Shown: in pieces, positions 58,631-64,000 of the stretch
How the letters are laid out: each line of letters opens with the position of its first letter
Numbering within the stretch: position 1 is the stretch's first letter
Assembly (NCBI GenBank): GCA_009695205.1
Contig: SIBK01000002.1
Coordinates: 6,153 to 70,152, forward strand
Direction: 5' to 3'
Origin: Pedosphaera sp.
Lineage (GTDB): Bacteria; Verrucomicrobiota; Verrucomicrobiia; Limisphaerales; UBA9464
Length of the DNA: 64,000 nt
Position numbers and translations under genes: made by a program
Notes under the pieces: model-generated
Told to the model about the DNA's origin: nothing
Database searches by the model: none
The model's input: only the letters and a program-made list of their open reading frames with translations

Positions 58631-60376
58631 TTACATCCGTGCTTTCGTCTTGCCTTCTTCCAGCAGCTTTTGTTCCTCCGGCAAGAGTCTTCCAGCCTGG
58701 GCTTTGGCCAGGTATTCACGGGCACGATTTCGGTCACCCGCTTCGGCCAAGAGGTAGCCAAACGTCAAATTAATGCCGGGCTTGTCCAACTCCACGAGGG
58801 GAAGTTGTTCCATTTTGGTCAGGGCTTCGGTAAGCCGGTTCTGCCGGGCGAGCGCAAAGGCGTAAGTCGCCACGTAAGCCGGTTCGTTAGGGGCTGCCTG
58901 ATACAATTCATCCGCGAGTTGGACCAAGTCTGGAGCATCCAGTTTGAGTAATAGGCCGAAATATACCGTATTATTCTTGGCAGCCAGATTTCGATTGTTC
59001 ACCTGCAATAGCTTTCTGGCCACTCGGTACTGTCCGAATGTGTTGTCGGTCAGGAGGTATTCCCGGAACAGCGTCATCAGCGCGGTCTCCTGACTCGACG
59101 AACCGTTCGCGATTTCCCACCACGTTTCCTCGCTTTGGTTGAGCATTCCCCAAGCTTTGGCTGAGTTTGCGAGGGTTTCCAGCAGGCTTGGGATCTTTCT
59201 ACTTGCCTGGATGGCCTTGGCCCATAGTCCGGCAATGACGCCGGGTGTCTGTTCATCGTGAGGCAAGTTCTGGACCGCTCTAGCCTCGTAGGCGAATCGG
59301 AGGCATTGCCAAACTCCCCAATCCGCACCTCCCAGCCAGTTTCGCAGCCCCAACCAATCGTTTACCACCACGTAAAGCTCCGCAACCGCCATCCCGGGGC
59401 CGGCGGTCTTAAGCAGCTCCGGCGGCAGCGTACGGACCCATGCCATCGCCGGGGCGCCGAGGCCGCTGGAGTTCTGCCAAGTGATGAATTCGGTGAGGGA
59501 ACCAGCCTGCTGCACCGCTTCTGGCTTCAATTCTTCGAGAGCATTGGTAAACGCAGGCCGATCGGTGACTCCGAGAACGGAAAGTCGAATGAGTTTATCG
59601 GAAAATGTCGCATTCGACTGTTTGGAAAGCTTGGTACTGAAGTCGATGGCTTGCGCAAAATTCTGACGCTGCATCGCATCCACAGTGAGAAGGTTCAGAG
59701 CGACGTTATAGTTGGCGGAGGAGGGCCCGATTTTTCGCAACAATTCGAGTGCTGTCTGCCGGCTGGTTTCCTCCGGAAGGCTCAATTGAGCTCGGGCAAG
59801 ATTGATCTGTTTGAGTTCGTTCGTTGGAGCAAACTGAAGTGCCTTTGCGAAGTGGAACTCCGACCGCAGGTAGTCAGCGAGCCCAAAATAGATCGTTCCA
59901 GCAGTTTCATGGTAGAATATGGACTCACGCTCCTTCGGCGGAAATCGGTCCAGGGCCGCCCGGGCGGTTATCAAATCACCAAATGAAAGAGCCGTATGCG
60001 CAAGCTCAATTTGGCTCTCGATGCGCTCCGGCTCTCGATCCGCTATCCTGGATCGCCAGAGTATCGCGTCCCGAAGCCCCAGTCTCGCCGCAATTTGCGC
60101 CATCAGGCGCATGGCTCGCACATTGTTTATATCCTGCTGAAACAGCCGCCGGGCAGCAAACGAGGCGTCTTTGAGCTTTCCTGCCTGCAAAAGCTCCTCG
60201 GCTCTCGTGAGCAGACGATCATCGCGCCAGCGGCCATACATCACCGAACCCTTCGTCCGCCACCCGACAACGCCGACGATGGCTAGCAGCAGCAGGACGG
60301 AAAGCCAGACGACTAAACGGCGATTTGAGTCGTTCGAATTGGCGGATTTTGACCCGCGGCGACGGTTACCTTCCAT
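58631..60376 (-). CDS. Membrane-anchored TPR-repeat protein
   Basis: N-terminal basic stretch plus a TM (LVVWLSVLLLLAIVGVVGW), followed by TPR-like helical repeats. Confidence 0.7.
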   Translation of the reverse strand: MEGNRRRGSKSANSNDSNRRLVVWLSVLLLLAIVGVVGWRTKGSVMYGRWRDDRLLTRAEELLQAGKLKDASFAARRLFQQDINNVRAMRLMAQIAARLGLRDAILWRSRIADREPERIESQIELAHTALSFGDLITARAALDRFPPKERESIFYHETAGTIYFGLADYLRSEFHFAKALQFAPTNELKQINLARAQLSLPEETSRQTALELLRKIGPSSANYNVALNLLTVDAMQRQNFAQAIDFSTKLSKQSNATFSDKLIRLSVLGVTDRPAFTNALEELKPEAVQQAGSLTEFITWQNSSGLGAPAMAWVRTLPPELLKTAGPGMAVAELYVVVNDWLGLRNWLGGADWGVWQCLRFAYEARAVQNLPHDEQTPGVIAGLWAKAIQASRKIPSLLETLANSAKAWGMLNQSEETWWEIANGSSSQETALMTLFREYLLTDNTFGQYRVARKLLQVNNRNLAAKNNTVYFGLLLKLDAPDLVQLADELYQAAPNEPAYVATYAFALARQNRLTEALTKMEQLPLVELDKPGINLTFGYLLAEAGDRNRAREYLAKAQAGRLLPEEQKLLEEGKTKARM

Positions 60377-60607
60377 GGGGATCAGTCAGTTAGCCTGTGA
60401 CGCTCACTCTACGAGCAGTGTTCAAACTTGCGCCAGTCAAAAGGTTTCCAATTCAATTCACCGAGTATTGGGCAGATCTCCTCCTTCAATCGCCACTCCG
60501 GGCCATCGCGAAGACTCGAACTGTGCCGGCCCGGAAGATTCCAGGTTCCCTCCAATCGAGTCGCCGCTTGGTTCCGTACCGCACTTCCCAGTACCCTTCG
60601 CTTTCGA

Positions 60608-61573
60608 ATGCCGTCTTATCCACTTCGAAGAACTGCCGGACAGGTCCTGATGTTTTGCTGCATTTTTTGGGCGTTCAGTTTTCCGTTTACCAAAACCTTG
60701 CACTCTCTAGGAAATCAGACAGTTCCCGGCGTCAGCTCGCTGTTCCTGTCCGCCTGGGCTGTGGTTATTCGATTCGGATTCAGTGCGCTGGTGCTATTCA
60801 TCATGACGGCCCGCCGACTTCCCGGAATCTCCCGCCTTGAGGTGCAACAAGGCCTTGGGTTGGGTTTTTTTGGAGGGCTTGGCATGTTTTTCCAATTGGA
60901 TGGACTGGCGTACACTCAAGCCTCCACCTCCGCGTTTTTCACCCAGGCCTATTGCGTCATCATCCCTCTCTGGGTGGCTGTGAGCCGAAGAAAATGGCCA
61001 CCCGTCCCGGTGTGGATTGCCTGTGGGCTCGCGGTGGCCGGAGCAGCCATTCTCGCCGACCTGAGCTCTCAAAACCTGCGTCTCGGACGCGGCGAATGGG
61101 AAACTCTTGCGGGCTCTGTGTTTTTCACAGGGCAGATTTTGTGGCTCGATCACCCCCGATATGCCGCCAACGACGTCGGCCGTTTCACTCTGGTAATGTT
61201 TCTTTCGATGGTCGGCGTGTGCCTGCCCGTGGCCTGGTTCTTCGCCGGGCAGCCATCGGACTTCCTTCGCGTCTATTCCGCCCCAGCCTCCCTCGTTCTT
61301 CTCCTGCTCCTGTCCACTGGCTGCACGCTGCTGACCTACCTCTTGATGAATCGTTGGCAGCGGGAGCTTCCCGCCACCGAGGCCGGGCTTCTCTATTGTA
61401 GCGAGCCTGTCTTCACGAGCGCTATTTGCCTGTTCCTACCCGGCTGGCTCTCGTCACTGTCCGGAATCGGATACCCGGACGAATCGCTGACGGGGCACCT
61501 GCTTCTGGGTGGACTCCTCATCCTCCTGGCGAATGTCTTGATTCAACTCCGGGGCACCGGATTCGGAAATTAG
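60608..61573 (+). CDS. DMT-superfamily (EamA-like) transporter
   Basis: About 10 TM segments in two halves, typical EamA layout. ATG at 60608 or 60650. Confidence 0.7.
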   Translation: MPSYPLRRTAGQVLMFCCIFWAFSFPFTKTLHSLGNQTVPGVSSLFLSAWAVVIRFGFSALVLFIMTARRLPGISRLEVQQGLGLGFFGGLGMFFQLDGLAYTQASTSAFFTQAYCVIIPLWVAVSRRKWPPVPVWIACGLAVAGAAILADLSSQNLRLGRGEWETLAGSVFFTGQILWLDHPRYAANDVGRFTLVMFLSMVGVCLPVAWFFAGQPSDFLRVYSAPASLVLLLLLSTGCTLLTYLLMNRWQRELPATEAGLLYCSEPVFTSAICLFLPGWLSSLSGIGYPDESLTGHLLLGGLLILLANVLIQLRGTGFGN

Positions 61574-61659
61574 TCCGCTCGCTCTGTATTCGGAATCTCT
61601 GATCTTTGGGTCGCTTCCTTGCCTCTTCCATCTGTGCTCCCTAGCCTCTCAGTCTCTTT

Positions 61660-62586
61660 ATGGAACAAGTCGTCATCATGGGCACCGGCTGCGCCGGCCT
61701 CACCGCGGCCGTTTACACCGCCCGGGCGAGTCTCAACCCGCTGGTCTTTACCGGCACGCTTCCGGGCGGATTGCTCACAACGACCAGCATTGTTGAAAAT
61801 TTTCCCGGGTTTCCCGAAGGAGTGGATGGGTACGAACTCATGACCCGGATGCAGAAGCAGGCGGAGAAATTCGGAGCGCGAGTTCAGTTCGCCACCGTCG
61901 AAAAGGTGGGTCTCTCGGGAACTCCACTGCGGTTGATTGTGGACGGCGAACCCATCGAGACGCGCACTCTTATCATCGCTAGCGGCGCCGGACATCGACA
62001 TCTGGACGTTCCGGGAGAACACGAACTCGAGAAAAAAGGCGTCACCTACTGTGCGACCTGTGACGGTGCGCTGCCTCCCTTCCGCAACCAACCCCTAGTG
62101 GTCGTCGGGGGAGGGGACTCCGCATGCGAAGAGGCTCTTTACCTCACGCGGTTTGCTTCGAAGGTCTTCCTGGTTCACCGCCGGGATTCCCTCCGCGCAT
62201 CCCGAATCATGGCGGAACGGACCCTTGCCCACCCAAAAATCCAGCCTATCTGGGATTCCATCGTCACCGAAGTACAGGACGTCAGCGCGGACAAGGTTAC
62301 CGGCGTTTCTTTGAAGAATTTGAAGACTGAAGCGTCATCACACCTGCCCTGTGCCGGACTTTTTGTGGCAGTCGGCCATATCCCCAATACCCAACTGTTC
62401 AGCGGAATTCTTCCGCTGGACGACGGTGGCTACATCAAGCCTGTGACGGGTGCAGCCACTGGTTTGCCGGGGGTTTTTGTCGCCGGTGATTGTGCAGACC
62501 GGGTGTATCGGCAGGCAATCACTGCAGCCGGAATGGGTTGCATGGCCGCCATTGAAGCCGAGCGATATCTTGCAGGTCTCTCCTGA
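61660..62586 (+). CDS. trxB: Thioredoxin-disulfide reductase
   Basis: VVIMGTGCAGLTAA (FAD), redox-active CATCDG, VVGGGDSACEEA (NADPH), GVFVAGD. Confidence 0.9.
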   Translation: MEQVVIMGTGCAGLTAAVYTARASLNPLVFTGTLPGGLLTTTSIVENFPGFPEGVDGYELMTRMQKQAEKFGARVQFATVEKVGLSGTPLRLIVDGEPIETRTLIIASGAGHRHLDVPGEHELEKKGVTYCATCDGALPPFRNQPLVVVGGGDSACEEALYLTRFASKVFLVHRRDSLRASRIMAERTLAHPKIQPIWDSIVTEVQDVSADKVTGVSLKNLKTEASSHLPCAGLFVAVGHIPNTQLFSGILPLDDGGYIKPVTGAATGLPGVFVAGDCADRVYRQAITAAGMGCMAAIEAERYLAGLS

Positions 62587-62593
62587 TGACGGA

Positions 62594-63016
62594 TCACCAC
62601 CGTTGACCTAGCCGAGAATCGGGTGGTATCAGGCCGAGTTTCCAGGGTGTATCCGCGTCGTACGCCCAATAGTTGCAGGTGAGTTCTTCACCCACCTCAA
62701 TGTCACGCAAGGCCACGGTCGCAACCGGACCGGTCGCGCCGGGGTAGGTCCCGGTGTTGGGATTGTACGAGTGGTTTAGGAAACACGCATGATCACCGCT
62801 CAGGATGACATCGCCGGTTTCGCCGCTGACAAAACAGTACCAGCGCGTATGATCGCGCGCCGAAGTCGGTAGTGACGCGAACTCATACGGTCGGAACGTT
62901 TGGTCAAAGCCGGCCTGGAATCGCCAGATCGGCGCACCTCGAAGGATAGGGTCCACCGCGAACAGGCCCGAGCCGTGAATCTGGCTCGGGCCCACCTTCG
63001 TGTGAATGAGCAGCAT
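62594..63016 (-). CDS. SET-domain protein (putative protein-lysine methyltransferase)
   Basis: GSGLFAVDPILRGAPIW, FLNHSYNPNT and EELTCNYW are the SET core motifs (NHS, ELxxxY). 140 aa. Confidence 0.75.
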   Translation of the reverse strand: MLLIHTKVGPSQIHGSGLFAVDPILRGAPIWRFQAGFDQTFRPYEFASLPTSARDHTRWYCFVSGETGDVILSGDHACFLNHSYNPNTGTYPGATGPVATVALRDIEVGEELTCNYWAYDADTPWKLGLIPPDSRLGQRW

Positions 63017-63057
63017 GGTGACTTGCCTTGACCCTCAGCACGCGTGCAATGCTCGGG

Positions 63058-63864
63058 TCACTTGGTTGGCGAATAATCGGTCGGAGCCAGAAAGACCGAT
63101 TTCACGCCCCCGGGTGCCGTTAGGGATCCGCCGGCATTTTTCTCGCTCGCCTCGCGGGCCTCCTTCCAGGCGGGGTCGGCGCCAAACGACTTGAACGATG
63201 CGGCCGCCGCTTCCTTGGAGGCATAGCTCAACATGTACTGGAGAGTGATATCCGCCGCGGGTTGGTCGCTCATTCGGTGCCAGTAGCCGTAGTTTACCAT
63301 TCCATGCTTTGCGAAAAGGGCGACGGTATGATCCCGGAAACGGGCGTCCAGATTCGCCAGCCGACCCGGGGGCGTGGTGTAGGTCCGCAACTCGAAGATG
63401 CGTCCGCCGGGAGCCGAAACCTTCAACGGAGACGAATAATCCGTCAGTTGAACGAAGTAATTCTCCGGGGTCTTCGCGAGAATCGGCCCGGCCGCCTCGG
63501 AAGATTTGTACGCAGCCTGCCATTCCGGATCCGCCATGAACGCCTTCCACGATGCTTCACGCGCCGCGCGACTCGGATAACTCAATAGAAAATGAAGACG
63601 CTGATCGGCTGGATCCAACGGCATCCAGTAACCAATGCTCTCGATGCCATGTTTTTTGAACAATGGCAGGGTGGCTGTCCGGAAGCGATTGTGCAGCGCG
63701 TCGGCCTTGCCCGGATTGATGGTGTAAACTCGTAATTCGTAAACTCGGATGTCTGGGCCAGCCTGACACTGCATGGAGCCTGTGCAGGCTGCAACGATGC
63801 CGGCGGTAACGGCCGTGAAGGCCGGCCATCCACGAAAATTCAACAAACGAGGGAATGTGATCAT
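63058..63864 (-). CDS. Exported tandem NIPSNAP-domain protein
   Basis: Signal-like N-terminus from the ATG at 63864, and two repeats of the form VYELRVYT...PGK...F......LPLFKKHGI..IGYW / IFELRTYTTPPGR...RF....ALFAKHGMVNYGYW. Confidence 0.75.
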   Translation of the reverse strand: MITFPRLLNFRGWPAFTAVTAGIVAACTGSMQCQAGPDIRVYELRVYTINPGKADALHNRFRTATLPLFKKHGIESIGYWMPLDPADQRLHFLLSYPSRAAREASWKAFMADPEWQAAYKSSEAAGPILAKTPENYFVQLTDYSSPLKVSAPGGRIFELRTYTTPPGRLANLDARFRDHTVALFAKHGMVNYGYWHRMSDQPAADITLQYMLSYASKEAAAASFKSFGADPAWKEAREASEKNAGGSLTAPGGVKSVFLAPTDYSPTK

Positions 63865-64000
63865 AGGCCTGCATTTCCGCCCAGAAGTCACCCTCACGTC
63901 AATAGAAACTCTCTTGCGACATCCCCTCCTCCCTCTAGCTTTAGTATCCGTTTGGAGTGGGAAAAATTGCCGCCAGTCGAACATTCCCTTCTGAGGAACT

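Overview
64-kb chromosomal window from a high-GC genome. Hand counts of a few 60-nt lines give about 55-70% GC, dropping to about 42-48% between 17.3 and 19.4 kb. The gene content looks PVC-like (Verrucomicrobiota or Planctomycetota): a PSCyt1/DUF1549 cytochrome-c protein, Tat-signal Gfo/Idh/MocA and SOD proteins, and many large exported multidomain proteins. Most of the window is ordinary, tightly packed housekeeping sequence: ogt, moaA, wecB, ispH-queE-aminotransferase-rsmA-gmhB, two rhomboids, pepF, sod, lepB, thiG, prc, tRNA-Ala(GGC), a U32 protein, an ABC exporter, an ECF sigma module, glnD, a COG0523 GTPase, rpsT and trxB. I found no rRNA genes, CRISPR array or intact mobile element. Points that stand out: (1) About 15.8-23.0 kb contains no intact gene. 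It holds a PLD3/PLD4-type two-HKD pseudogene cut by an internally deleted IS21 relic, an unidentified remnant, an Ig-like lipoprotein remnant, and a roughly 1,200-codon Tat-signal/lipase/TPR/CHAT gene broken by two frameshifts. (2) A second decay patch lies at 42.3-46.2 kb. (3) A CsaB (pyruvyltransferase)-TagA/WecG fusion is translationally coupled to wecB. (4) A 17-nt palindrome, ACTTTG-N5-CAAAGT, occurs twice and flanks a membrane-protein/wHTH-regulator operon. (5) A co-directional array runs from the ECF sigma gene to an ABC exporter and contains an unassignable 465-aa protein. All calls rest on reading translations and motifs by eye; no database search was run.
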